NCBI GenBank assembly: GCA_963730185.1 | Contig: CAVSQW010000015.1 | Coordinates: forward strand, 1 to 64,000 | Source of the DNA: an uncultured Gemmatimonadales bacterium | Lineage (GTDB): Bacteria > Gemmatimonadota > Gemmatimonadetes > Gemmatimonadales > GWC2-71-9 | Reading direction: 5' to 3' | Length of the DNA stretch: 64,000 bases | In this document: positions 51,813-64,000 of the stretch, one piece after another | Position numbering within the stretch: the stretch's first letter is position 1 | Layout of the letters: every line of letters begins with the position of its first letter | Made by a program: the position numbers and the translations under genes | Notes under the pieces: generated by a model | Told to the model about the DNA's origin: nothing | The model's input: the letters and a program-made list of their open reading frames with translations, nothing else | Databases searched by the model: none

Positions 51813-52522
51813 GGCTGGTGCAGGAACCGGATGACGAACTGGACGCCCGAACCGGGGATCGGCTGGCCGTTGGCGCGGTAGGCGGTGGCCTCGACCACGA
51901 CCCGGTCGGGGGGCGTCTGGCCCGTCGCCGCCCTGACGGTCATCGGCGTCGTTGGGGCGCCGGTGGCTGCGGTCAGGACCGAGTCGCGGGTCTTGGTGGT
52001 GCGGAGCACGACCGTGGGGGTCGTGCTCTGGACGGGGTCGACGATCTGGAACCCGATCGGTCGGCCGGCCACTCCGGTCGCCGCGGTGGTGTCGATCAGC
52101 GCCACCTCGAGGGCGACGCTGGTGGCGGTGTCGGTCGCGACCTCGATCGAGTCCGGGCCCACCAGGCGAAGCGAGTCGGCCCGGGCGGTCAGGGTGAACT
52201 TGAGGCTGTCCGACGGCGTCAGCAGGGTATCTTTTCCGAAGAGGCCGACCTGAACCCGACCGATGCCGCTGCCGAGGAGTGGCGTCACCAGACCGGCGGG
52301 GTCGACGGTGATGGTGGTGTCGGGGGTGAGCCAGACCAGCGAGGCGCCGACGCTGTCGCCGGCCGCGTTGCGGGCCACGGCGTGCAGCTGGACGGTTTCA
52401 CCCAACTCGAGGTAGAAATTGGCGGGCAGCCGGACCTCGAGCGACGCCACCCCGTCCTGGTTGTTCGCGAAGGAGCTGCAGGCCAGCGCGAAGCAGAGCA
52501 GCGCCGGCCACGCGCGGATCAC
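51809..52522 (-). CDS. Hypothetical lipoprotein with Ig-like domains
   Basis: GTGA overlap; lipobox ALAC; beta-rich Thr/Val sequence. Confidence 0.7.
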   Translation of the reverse strand: MIRAWPALLCFALACSSFANNQDGVASLEVRLPANFYLELGETVQLHAVARNAAGDSVGASLVWLTPDTTITVDPAGLVTPLLGSGIGRVQVGLFGKDTLLTPSDSLKFTLTARADSLRLVGPDSIEVATDTATSVALEVALIDTTAATGVAGRPIGFQIVDPVQSTTPTVVLRTTKTRDSVLTAATGAPTTPMTVRAATGQTPPDRVVVEATAYRANGQPIPGSGVQFVIRFLHQP

Positions 52523-52971
52523 GCCGTGCCGGCGATCGATTCCGCGGGCGCGTCGTCCATCTGTCGAAGGGTATGCTCGGCGTGCTGTATCCACCGGTCG
52601 GCGTCCGGTCCGCGGGGTGGTCGCGCCAGGAACGCTCGGAGGTGCTCGGCGGCCTGATCGGGGTCCCCGCGCTTGAGCAGCAGGAACGCGAGACCATAAT
52701 GCGCGCCCGACAGCGCAGAGTCCAGTTCGAGGGCACGCCGGTAGTGCCGAATCGCCTCGTCGGGTTGGCCGGTCCGGGTGAACGCGATGGCCATGTTCTG
52801 GAGAATGCGCGGATCGGCGGGGTCTTCCCGGAGCGCGAGCCGGTAGGACGTGATCGCGGCGGTGAAGTCACCCTGCCGCTCGAGCGCGAGCGCTTCGTTG
52901 AGATAGTCGAGGCGCTGGGGTCGAGAGGCGGGCTTGCCCAGCTTGTCGAGGACGTCTCGAATGAAGCTCAT
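52519..52971 (-). CDS. TPR repeat protein
   Basis: Tandem TPRs (AITSYRLAL, AIRHYRRAL, AHYGLAFLL). Confidence 0.88.
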   Translation of the reverse strand: MSFIRDVLDKLGKPASRPQRLDYLNEALALERQGDFTAAITSYRLALREDPADPRILQNMAIAFTRTGQPDEAIRHYRRALELDSALSGAHYGLAFLLLKRGDPDQAAEHLRAFLARPPRGPDADRWIQHAEHTLRQMDDAPAESIAGTA

Positions 52972-53182
52972 CGGACGGGTCGCGTCTCCACTCTGGAAGG
53001 AAGGCGACATCGGGGTGCTGATGCGCCGCTGCCACAAAGCTAAGAAAGTTGTTCAGGCCGTGCAATACAACTCCTTGTCCCACCGGCACAACGGCCATGA
53101 CCTTGCGGCCGACTTTCGGACCGGCTGAGGCAGGCCTATTGTTATGCAGGGACCGGCCGATCCGGTCCCCAAACCGTGAAGG

Positions 53183-53707
53183 ATGGCCCCCATGCCCCGT
53201 CGCCCGCTCGATCCCACCCGTGGCGTGCTGGAAATCGACTGGCCGCTGTTCGGCGAGCTCTGTCGCGCCCTGGCCGTGAAGGTCGCCCACGAGTACGACC
53301 CCGAGATCGTGGTCGGGATCGCCAAGGCGGGAGTGATTCCCGGGGCCGTGATCGCGTCCATCCTCCAGCGCGAATTCGTCTCGATGAGCGTCACCCGCCC
53401 GAAGCCCGGCGAGCCGCCGGTGCTGGTCAGCGGGCCGCCGGCGAGCGTGGCTGGGCGGCGGGTGCTGCTGGTGGACGAGACCTGCGACACCGGACACACC
53501 ATGAAGCTCGCCCTCAACGAGGTTCGGGCGGTGGGACCGGCCGAAGTCCGGACGGCGGTCTCGTTCCGGACTGGCGGGTTCAATCCCGACTTCTATTCGT
53601 TCTCGACCGAGAAGGCCATCATCCTGCCCTGGGATCGGGAAGAGATCCGGGACGGCGAGCTGGTCCCGCGCAGCGACTGGACTCCGGGCGGCGCTTCCCC
53701 GGAATGA
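53183..53707 (+). CDS. Type I phosphoribosyltransferase
   Basis: VVGIAKAG and PRPP loop VLLVDETCDTGHT; start may be ATG 53192. Confidence 0.88.
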   Translation: MAPMPRRPLDPTRGVLEIDWPLFGELCRALAVKVAHEYDPEIVVGIAKAGVIPGAVIASILQREFVSMSVTRPKPGEPPVLVSGPPASVAGRRVLLVDETCDTGHTMKLALNEVRAVGPAEVRTAVSFRTGGFNPDFYSFSTEKAIILPWDREEIRDGELVPRSDWTPGGASPE

Positions 53708-55074
53708 TGCGGGAGCGGCTGCAGGACGCCCTGGGCGCCATCAAGGACGCCTACGTCGAAATCAGGCTTCGCCGCCGCTGGACCACCACGGTGGTGTTCC
53801 GGCGCCAGCGGCCCGAGGTCGCCGCCGAGTCCGACCTGGCCGGCGGTGTGGTCCGCTGCCTGGTGCCTGGATTCGGATGGGGGGCCGTGGCCTTCACCGA
53901 CGTGGACCGGGCCGCCCGGGCGGTCGAGCGGGCCCGCGAGCTCTCCCGCGAGCTCCGGCCCGAAGTGCCGATCGCGTTGGCGCCGATTCCGATCCGGCAG
54001 GTGGAACAGGCCGATCCCCTCCTCGACGATCCCCGGGTCATCCCCCTCGACGAAAAGCGGAAGTTCCTCGAACATCACACCGGCCTTCTCCTCGGCGCCG
54101 ATCGCCGGGTGGTCGATTCCCGCACGACGTTCACCGACACGGTCCACGAGACCTGGCTGGCCACCAGCGAGGGCGCCTGGCTCCATGAGCTCAAGGCCGA
54201 CGCGGCGCTCGGGGCCCTGGCGGTCGCGAGCGAGGGCGGCGCCACCGAGCGGGCGGTGGATTCGGTGGCGCTCCGGGGCGGATGGGCCGCCATCCGGGAG
54301 CACGGCACCCTCTTTCCCGCCGTGGCGGAGCGGGCCGTGCAGCGGCTCCATGCCGCGCCGGTCAAGCCCGGTCGGTATCCGGTGGTGCTCGACAACCGGT
54401 CCACCGGGGCGCTGGTGCTCCAGAGCCTGACCGACCACTGCCGGGCGGCGCCCCGAGGCCAGGAGCGCGACGTGTTCGCGGTGGGCGCCCGGATCGGCCC
54501 GGAGTGCCTCTCGATCGGCGACGATCCCACCGCCGCCGGGCTCCGGACCAGTCTGGCCCTCGACGACGAGGGTACCCCGGTGTCCAACACCTTGCTGGTG
54601 CAGCACGGCGTCGTGGTGGGGCACCTTCATACTCGGGAAACCGCCGCCCGCGATCAGGCCGCGCCGACCGGCCACGCGCTGGCGCCGGCGCTCCGGGCCG
54701 TGCCCGGCGCCCGGCCCACCAACACCTACCTGGCTCGGGGGCAGGGCTCCGCCGCCGACCTGATCGGGAGCGTCTCCGAGGGTCTTTACCTCTCCGACGT
54801 GCTCTCGATCGGTTCGGAGGGGCGCCGGGTTACCCTGGTCCCGGGTTTTGCCAGGATGGTCCGGCGGGGCGAGCTGGCCGAGGCGGTCAAGTGCCCCGCC
54901 ATCACGAGCGACCTGTACTCGCTCTTCGGACGGCTGGAGGCCGTCGCCGAGGACTTCGCCTGGGATCAGTCGGCGTCGCAACTCCACGAGACCCATCTGC
55001 CGACCCGCGCCGTCACCACCGGCGCCGCCCATACGCGCTTCGTCGACATCGACGTCGGCGCGATGTACGCATGA
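53704..55074 (+). CDS. TldD/PmbA family protein (TldD-like, divergent active site)
   Basis: PGRYPVVLD, IGDDPT, DDEGTP, LHTRETA, PTGH, RPTNTY. Confidence 0.85.
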   Translation: MMRERLQDALGAIKDAYVEIRLRRRWTTTVVFRRQRPEVAAESDLAGGVVRCLVPGFGWGAVAFTDVDRAARAVERARELSRELRPEVPIALAPIPIRQVEQADPLLDDPRVIPLDEKRKFLEHHTGLLLGADRRVVDSRTTFTDTVHETWLATSEGAWLHELKADAALGALAVASEGGATERAVDSVALRGGWAAIREHGTLFPAVAERAVQRLHAAPVKPGRYPVVLDNRSTGALVLQSLTDHCRAAPRGQERDVFAVGARIGPECLSIGDDPTAAGLRTSLALDDEGTPVSNTLLVQHGVVVGHLHTRETAARDQAAPTGHALAPALRAVPGARPTNTYLARGQGSAADLIGSVSEGLYLSDVLSIGSEGRRVTLVPGFARMVRRGELAEAVKCPAITSDLYSLFGRLEAVAEDFAWDQSASQLHETHLPTRAVTTGAAHTRFVDIDVGAMYA

Positions 55075-56348
55075 TCGACGCGCTCACCGAGGCGCTCTCC
55101 CGAACCGTCACCGCCGCCGACCTCGTCGCGAAGACCGACGCCACCCTGAGCGTGACCGTCGACGCCTGGGGCGACGTGGCGATCACGTCCGACGACTCGT
55201 CCGGCGTCCATGTCCGGGTGCTCCAGCACGGCCGGGTTGGCCGGGCCGGCGGGCTCGAGGCCGATGCCCCGGCCGTGGTCGAGGCCGCGCTCCGCTCGGC
55301 CAGGGGCGGCCCGGCCTTGGAGCTCATGCTCCCGGTCGCCTCGCCGCTCGCGCCGGTGGTCACCGAGGCGCCGGCCGCCGCGAGCGCCGGCAGCGAGGCC
55401 CTGTTGGCCCTGGCGCGCACCCTGGCGGACCGGCTCCGCCGGCCGGGCCGCCGGCTCGACGTCTGGGCCGAGCGATCGGCCGGCGAGGTGCGGATCGCGA
55501 ACACCCGCGGGGTCACCGCCGCCTATCGCACCACGGTCGCCGGCGCGGGCGTGACCGTGCGGGTGCCGGGGACGGACTTCGACGCGCCCTTCCGGGCCTG
55601 GGTGTCCGGATCCGACCTCCCGGCGTTGCCGGAGATCGACGCCCTGGCGGCCGAGGTCGACTGGTGGACCGGCCTCCCCGCCGTCGAGGAGACGCCGCCG
55701 GGTTCCCGCCATCGGGCCTGGTTCCACCCCCGGGCCGTCCGCACCCTGCTCCAGCCGCTCCTCCAGCGACTCACCGGCGAGACCTGGGTGGATCGGCGGC
55801 GCGACCCCTCGGCGCTCGACCCCCGGCTCACCGTGATCGACGACCCGCTGGCGCCCGGCCGGCCGGGCAGCCGGCCGATCTCCGACGATGGGGTCGTGAC
55901 CCGGCGACTGATCCTGGTGGACCGGGGCGGCCCGGTGCAGGGGATCGTGGATCTCGAGACCGGGGCCCGCTTCGGGGTGCCGGCGACCGGGCACGGAGTC
56001 CGGCGGATGCTGGGCGCCCCGCGGGCCGGGTTCTCGAACCTGATCGTCCTGCCGGGCGACGTGCCCACCGGGAGGCTCGCCGGTCTGGTCGGCGAAGGCC
56101 TGGTAGTCCTGGCGCTCGATTGGGGGCCGGCGCCGAACCCGGGGTCCGGTCTCTTCCGGGCCCGCGCCCCCTGGACCTTCCTGGTCCGGGGCGGTGAGAT
56201 CGTCGGTCGGTTGGAGGGGGTGGTGCTGGCCGGCAATGCCGACGAGCTCCTGGCGGAGGTCGTGGCGGTCGGGGCCGACGCGCCCTGGGACGGGGCGGCC
56301 TCGCTCCCGTCGCTGGTGGTGGAGGGAGTGCTTCTGGAGGAGCGTTAG
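55071..56348 (+). CDS. TldE/PmbA-like protein
   Basis: IANTRG, LTVIDDP, SDDGV, TGHG, FSNL, LAGN; ATGA coupling. Confidence 0.85.
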   Translation: MIDALTEALSRTVTAADLVAKTDATLSVTVDAWGDVAITSDDSSGVHVRVLQHGRVGRAGGLEADAPAVVEAALRSARGGPALELMLPVASPLAPVVTEAPAAASAGSEALLALARTLADRLRRPGRRLDVWAERSAGEVRIANTRGVTAAYRTTVAGAGVTVRVPGTDFDAPFRAWVSGSDLPALPEIDALAAEVDWWTGLPAVEETPPGSRHRAWFHPRAVRTLLQPLLQRLTGETWVDRRRDPSALDPRLTVIDDPLAPGRPGSRPISDDGVVTRRLILVDRGGPVQGIVDLETGARFGVPATGHGVRRMLGAPRAGFSNLIVLPGDVPTGRLAGLVGEGLVVLALDWGPAPNPGSGLFRARAPWTFLVRGGEIVGRLEGVVLAGNADELLAEVVAVGADAPWDGAASLPSLVVEGVLLEER

Positions 56349-56899
56349 GCGCGGAGCCGGTCCAGCAGCTCGGCGTAGCCCGCGCCCCCGCCCATCCCCT
56401 CGTAGAGCCAGGTCAGGATCTCGGGACTCCCCACCAGGAACCGGCACTGGGCGTCGCCGTGGCTCCGGCACTCCACTTCCATCACCGCCGCCGGGCGGCC
56501 GCCCAGCCGGGTGCAGAAATCCGAGAGCAATCCCGAGCTGAAATGGCAGGACGGGTAGGGCGCTTCCCAGGGGCTCGCCTCGGCCCAGTCGGGGCTGTCG
56601 ATGGCCAGCACCCCCGGGGCGATCTTGTCGGTCGTGACCGTGCCCCAGCCCTCTTCCCGGAAGAATCCCGCCAGGGCGTCGCCCAGGAACCGGGCGTCGA
56701 GCCCCTGCGGCGTCTCGACCCCGTAGCGGGCGGTCACCGACTCGACGAACCCCTCGTAGGCGGCCTCGCCGGCTGCGAAGCCGATCTCCCGGAGGAGGGT
56801 GGCGGACTGTTCGGGCAGCTCGCGCTCGAGCACCTGGGCGAGCTGCTCCAGGGTCGCCCGACCGAGGGCGAGACGGGGCACGGAGATGGCGCTAGGCAT
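56345..56899 (-). CDS. V4R domain protein
   Basis: GFAAG, GWG, CHFSSG, EVECRSHGDAQCRF. Confidence 0.85.
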   Translation of the reverse strand: MPSAISVPRLALGRATLEQLAQVLERELPEQSATLLREIGFAAGEAAYEGFVESVTARYGVETPQGLDARFLGDALAGFFREEGWGTVTTDKIAPGVLAIDSPDWAEASPWEAPYPSCHFSSGLLSDFCTRLGGRPAAVMEVECRSHGDAQCRFLVGSPEILTWLYEGMGGGAGYAELLDRLRA

Positions 56900-56909
56900 G
56901 GGAACGAAG

Positions 56910-59713
<2,804 letters not shown>

Positions 59714-59744
59714 AGGAAGCCAAAAATGCCTCCCGATGGGGGCC

Positions 59745-59918
59745 AGGGAAAGGGGGGAGGGTAGGGATTAGGGAGGGAGTAGGGAGTAGGGTAGGGGGTA
59801 GCGAGTAGTCGCCCCCGCTGCCAACCGCTCGTTCCTGATCCCTGCCACTCCCTGGGCCTCCTCACGCCCTCGTCGCTCCCTGCTCCCTACTCCCACCCTA
59901 CTCACGACTCCCTCGCTA
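59745..59918. repeat. G-rich arm / core / C-rich arm element
   Basis: GGGAGTAGGGAG in the left arm is complementary to CTCCCTACTCCC in the right arm; many G3 runs. Confidence 0.65.
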
Positions 59919-60113
59919 ATGCCCCTCTCATGACGCGCTGACAATCCACCCAGCTCACGGTGTTGGCGTGATGGTTCTCGGGGTCCTCACCCCGCCGGTG
60001 ATCGCGTCCGGGGAATGAGCTCCGGTGCCAGCGAGCCTAACGATCTATGCCGAATTCATGAGGTAGTGACGGATGACTGGTCACAACCTCCGTCCCTGCT
60101 TAGACTTCAGGGC

Positions 60114-60401
60114 ATGAGTCACCACGACGACGAGCTCGAAGACGACGAGCTCGAGGACGACGAGGTCCTCGATGAGGACCACGACGTGAGTTCCGGGCGG
60201 GCCGGGGGGTTCGCGGCGGGGTTGGTGCTCGGGCTGATGGTGGGCGCCGGCGCGGCCATTCTGTTCGCGCCGACTTCCGGCGAGGAGACCCGCCGCCGGC
60301 TCCGGCGACAGCTGCGCCGGACCCGGGACAAGCTCGGCGACGACGTCTACGACCTCCGCCGGAAGGTGCGCCGGCGGATCCGCCGGCACACCGAGAGCTA
60401 G
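60114..60401 (+). CDS. YtxH domain protein
   Basis: GFAAGLVLGLMVGAGAAILFAPTSGEETRRRL; acidic N-terminus. Confidence 0.85.
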   Translation: MSHHDDELEDDELEDDEVLDEDHDVSSGRAGGFAAGLVLGLMVGAGAAILFAPTSGEETRRRLRRQLRRTRDKLGDDVYDLRRKVRRRIRRHTES

Positions 60402-61120
60402 GCCGGCCCCGGGGCGGTCCAGGCCGCCGTCTCGAACTCGTAACCCGAGAGCTCTCCCAGGAGCCGCTCCCGGCTCCACCGGACCCGCTCGCGGGTTACC
60501 CCGAGAAACCAGGTTTCCTGCGCCAGCGGCTCCGCGACCTGAAACGCGGTCGGCGTGAGCACCGCGCCGCAGCCGCCGTGTTCCGGATCGCGCACCGACT
60601 GGTATCGAATCACCGCGATGCCGGCCGCTCGGGCTTCACCCGCCAGGATCTGACACGCCCCATAGTCGACCGGATCCGTCCACTGTGCCTTCCGGCCGGC
60701 CAGCCGGCCGGTTCGGAGATCGATGCCCGTCCCGGCCACCGCCACCTGAAAGACGGTCTGCGCCGCCGGCTCCAACCGCTCGACCGCGGGGCTGTCCACC
60801 AGGAAACGCCAGCGCCAATAGCCAAGCTCGGCGCAGGCGGTCCGAATCTCGTCGGCACCGTAGAAGACGCCGGGATCGGTGGGGCGGCGGAAGCGGGAGC
60901 CATAGGGTGGCGGTGGGTAGCGGAACGGCGTGAAGAGGAGGTAGTGGAGGCCCCGCGCCGCGGACGGCACCGGCGGCTTGCCGGCTTCGATCAGCTGCTC
61001 CAGGAGCAGCTGCTCCTCTCGGGTGTCGACCAGGGCCATGGTCGACACCACATGCTGGGCCTCGACCGCGCGCCAGAGCCGGAGCCGGACCGGCCCCGAC
61101 TCAAACCCGGCCGCGGGCAT
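60398..61120 (-). CDS. RES domain toxin
   Basis: WRAVEAQH, TPFRY, GSRF, AELGYW, YQSVRD. Confidence 0.9.
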   Translation of the reverse strand: MPAAGFESGPVRLRLWRAVEAQHVVSTMALVDTREEQLLLEQLIEAGKPPVPSAARGLHYLLFTPFRYPPPPYGSRFRRPTDPGVFYGADEIRTACAELGYWRWRFLVDSPAVERLEPAAQTVFQVAVAGTGIDLRTGRLAGRKAQWTDPVDYGACQILAGEARAAGIAVIRYQSVRDPEHGGCGAVLTPTAFQVAEPLAQETWFLGVTRERVRWSRERLLGELSGYEFETAAWTAPGPA

Positions 61121-61478
61121 GGTCCAGGTACTGCACCACCCGGACCAACCCCTCGGCGCTCCGGATCAGGTCGAGCGGGGCGGCGCCTAACGCCTGGTTC
61201 GCGCCCCGGAGCCAGGCCCGGGCCTCGGGGCCGTGGCCGGCCACCGCGTCGAGCGATCGGAAGAGCCGGAGGAAGAGCAGGGCCAGCTCCCACTCCTTGG
61301 CCCGTTTCGGGTCGAGCAGGTAGGCGCCGGAGAAGAGCCGCGACACGGTGGCCCGACTCAGGCCCAGCACGTCGGCCAGGGTGGCCTGGGTGAGGTCAAG
61401 GAGGCCGGCGGCCCGCTGGACCGCCTTGGTGACGGTGGGGCCAGGAATGGGCTGGAGATCGAGCGCCAGGTTGGTCAT
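61101..61478 (-). CDS. Xre/MbcA/ParS-type antitoxin
   Basis: HTH (LADVLGLSRATVSRL), LFLRLFRSLD, AWLRGANQALGAAPLDLI. Confidence 0.9.
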   Translation of the reverse strand: MTNLALDLQPIPGPTVTKAVQRAAGLLDLTQATLADVLGLSRATVSRLFSGAYLLDPKRAKEWELALLFLRLFRSLDAVAGHGPEARAWLRGANQALGAAPLDLIRSAEGLVRVVQYLDHARGRV

Positions 61479-61491
61479 GATGTAGCCTCCA

Positions 61492-61522
61492 CAGCAACAA
61501 TAACACTATGTTATTGCTGCTG
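61492..61522. promoter_or_regulatory. Inverted-repeat operator of the TA operon
   Basis: CAGCAACAATAACA-CTA-TGTTATTGCTGCTG, 14-bp arms with 1 mismatch, just upstream of the antitoxin RBS. Confidence 0.7.
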
Positions 61523-61565
61523 CAATACTGGAGGCGTGCCGAAAATGACTCCGGACGGACCGGCC

Positions 61566-62362
61566 CTACTTCTCGGATTTGTCCCGCTTGTCCGCGATCC
61601 GGAGCTTCAGTTCCACCGCCTCCAGTCGGTAGCGGGGGTCGTCCGGGAACTGGTTGGGCAGGGAGTCGATCGCCCGGAGCTGGGCCCGGGCCGCATCGTA
61701 GCGCTTCCGGTCCACGTAGACCCGGGCCAGGTCGAGCCGGTGGTAGAGTCGGCTCGGGTCCAGGGCCACCGCCCGCTCCAGGTGAACCAGGGCCGAGTCC
61801 CACTTGGCCTTGCCCAGCACCTTCGCCCCGAGGATGTTCTTCGCCATGAAGCGGTTGAACCCGGAGATCCGCATCACCTCGGCGTTCCAGAGGCCGAGGA
61901 CGTGATGGGCGCCGTCGTGGTCGGGGGCGATGGTGAGGGCGCGGACCGCCGCGTCGTGGATCTCGACGGCGTACTCGAGTCGCTGGCGCTGGCCCTTGGT
62001 CAGGGCGGCCCGGCCCAGCGCCATCGAGAGGGCGAACCAGCCGTCGGCCTGGGTGGAATCCACCCGGACGGCTCGGCGCGCCATCCGGACCGCGCCGGCA
62101 TAGAGCGAATCCCGCTCGGCGCTCTTGACCGAGTCGGGCGTTTCCTTCCCCCACTCGACCGCGGCGACGGCGCCGCGCCAGTTGGCCTCGTAGTCGAGCG
62201 AATCGATGGCCAGGGCCCGCTCGAAGTAGCGATAGGCCTGGTCGGGGTAACGCCGCGAGATGGCTCGGCCATGGGCCACCAGCTCGAAGAGTCCCTGGGC
62301 TCGGGCGGGGGTGGGAACGGCGAGGGTGGCCAGCAAAAGGGCGAGCGGACCGACATATCCAT
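61566..62362 (-). CDS. Exported TPR-like helical protein (start uncertain, probable indel near 62340)
   Basis: Signal peptide LLLATLAVPTPARAQ; TPR-like repeats; nearest ATGs (62356, 62362) are out of frame with the main ORF. Confidence 0.7.
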
Positions 62363-62393
62363 ATATAATATACGACAGGTGCGACGAGCCATC

Positions 62394-63764
62394 ATGCCAG
62401 GGAATAAATTGGAGACCTCGGGACAAGGGAAGCCGCTCAATGTCCCTCGCCTGATCGAGCGGAAGCGAAACGGCCAGAGCCTGACCGCCGAAGAGTGGGC
62501 GGCCCTGATCGGGGCCTACGTGGACGACCGGGTGCCCGACTATCAGATGTCGGCCCTGGCGATGGCCATCGTCTTCCAGGGCCTCGCGCCCGACGAGCTG
62601 GTGGCACTGACCCGGGCCATGCTCGAGTCGGGTGACCGATTCGATCTGGCCGGCTGGCCGGCGCCCCGGGTGGACAAGCACTCGATCGGCGGGGTGGGCG
62701 ACAAGACCTCGTTGCTCCTGGCGCCGATGCTGGCGGAGCTGGGCGTGGCGGTGCCGATGATCTCGGGCCGCGGGCCTGGGCCACACCGGCGGCACGCTCG
62801 ACAAGCTGGAGTCGATCCCCGGTTTCCGGACCGGCCTCTCGCTTCGGGAGGCCCGGGCCCAGCTGGAGCGGATCGGCGCGGTGATGCTGGGCCAGACGCC
62901 CGAGCTGGTGCCCGCCGACCGGAAGCTCTACGCCCTTCGTGACGTGACCGGGACGGTCGAGTCGATCCCGCTCATTTCCGCCAGCATCATGTCGAAGAAG
63001 CTGGCCGAGAGCTGACCGGCCTGGTGCTCGACATCAAGACCGGGAGCGGCGCCTTCATCACCGATCCGGCACAGTCGCTGGCGCTGGCCCGGACCATGAT
63101 CGATCTGGGCGAGGCGAGCGGCTGCCGGACCGTGGCGCTGCTGACGGCCATGGACCGGCCGTTAGGCATCGCTTGCGGGAACGCGCTGGAGGTGCGCGAG
63201 GCGATCGCCGGACTCCGAGGCCAAGGCCCGGACGACCTGATGGAGGTGACGTTCGCCCTGGCTACCGAGATGCTGGTGGTCTCGGGGTTGGAGCGGAATC
63301 GGGCGCTGGCCCGTACCAAGGTCGAGGAGGTGGTGCATTCGGGGCGGGCGCTCGAGCGGTTCCGGGTGCTGGTCGCGGCGCAGGGGGGAGATCCCGGCGT
63401 GATCGACGATCCGGGCCGCCTGCCGACCGCGCCGCTCGTGGAGCCCTACCTGGCCGACTTGGCGGGGTGGGTCCAGCAGGTCGAGCCTCGCGCGGTGGGC
63501 CACGCAATCATCGAGCTGGGCGGCGGCCGGCGGCAGACCAGCGACCGGATCGATCCCGCCGTGGGCTTCCTGATCGCGGCCAAGCCGGGGCAGGCGGTGG
63601 TGCGGGGGGAGGTGCTGGCCGAGATCCATGCGGCGCGCGAGGCCGACCTAGCGGCGGCGCGGCTGGCGTTGGGGCGGGCGATTCGGGTCGGAGCGGAGCC
63701 GCCGGTGGTGCCGCCGCTCGTGTCGCACCGGGTTACCAAGGCTGGGATCGACGGGGTGGGTTGA
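62394..63764 (+). CDS. pdp: Thymidine/pyrimidine-nucleoside phosphorylase, two apparent frameshifts
   Basis: [56 protein letters not shown]; indels near 62773 and 63012. Confidence 0.92.
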
Positions 63765-64000
63765 GGTGTCCTGGTCTGGGTCAGGCGACGGGGCGGGATT
63801 GAGCAACTGACTAACCGCAGAGAGCGCGGAGGGCGCCGGAAGTGGTCGGCTTCGGGGCCGCCGTCCGTCGAGGCAGGAGGCACGTGGCGCCTGGGCCGTC
63901 CAGGAGGCGGCAACCGGTCGCACTTCCACTGGGCGAATCTCGATCGGGAAGGGCTCTCGCGGCTGGCTTGCGCCTTGCGCCTGGAGCCTCCGGCTTCTCC

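Noticed and set aside
62760..63030. Programmed frameshifting in thymidine phosphorylase (and in herA)
   Set aside because: No slippery heptamer or stimulatory structure seen; scattered single-base indels fit sequencing error better
63765..64000. Possible gene at the right edge
   Set aside because: No recognisable coding signal or motif in the available sequence

Overview
GC-rich bacterial chromosome segment with about 58 genes. The gene set (SusC/SusD pair, plug-only TonB-like protein, FG-GAP/ASPIC-UnbV lipoprotein, DUF3108) suggests Gemmatimonadota; this is inference. Most of the window is housekeeping or envelope-related: two glycosyltransferases, a POT peptide transporter, a SusC/SusD/sulfatase-like cluster, an HTH-regulated uppS operon, gcvH-gcvP-lipoate ligase-oppABCDF-phzF, coaE, tdk, an aminotransferase, PTPS-folE-SDR, DUF47-PiT with a Pho box, an MltD-like enzyme, an acyl-CoA ligase, TldD/TldE-like genes, GAF-ligA-V4R, an Xre/RES toxin-antitoxin pair and thymidine phosphorylase. 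The most notable items are: (1) an archaeal-style nurA-herA-mre11-rad50 cluster followed by a coupled GNAT gene; (2) a ~330-bp element with perfect 42-bp terminal inverted repeats between nurA and herA, belonging to a family of G-rich/C-rich intergenic repeats; (3) a 6S-like ncRNA with its own promoter and terminator; (4) apparent pseudo-enzymes (a DEAD-box-like protein without catalytic motifs and a TldD without HExxxH); (5) a possible tetrahydrobiopterin operon. Several genes carry clustered single-base indels that may be long-read errors. No tRNA, rRNA, CRISPR array or transposase was recognised. All family assignments come from motif recognition by eye, not database searches.
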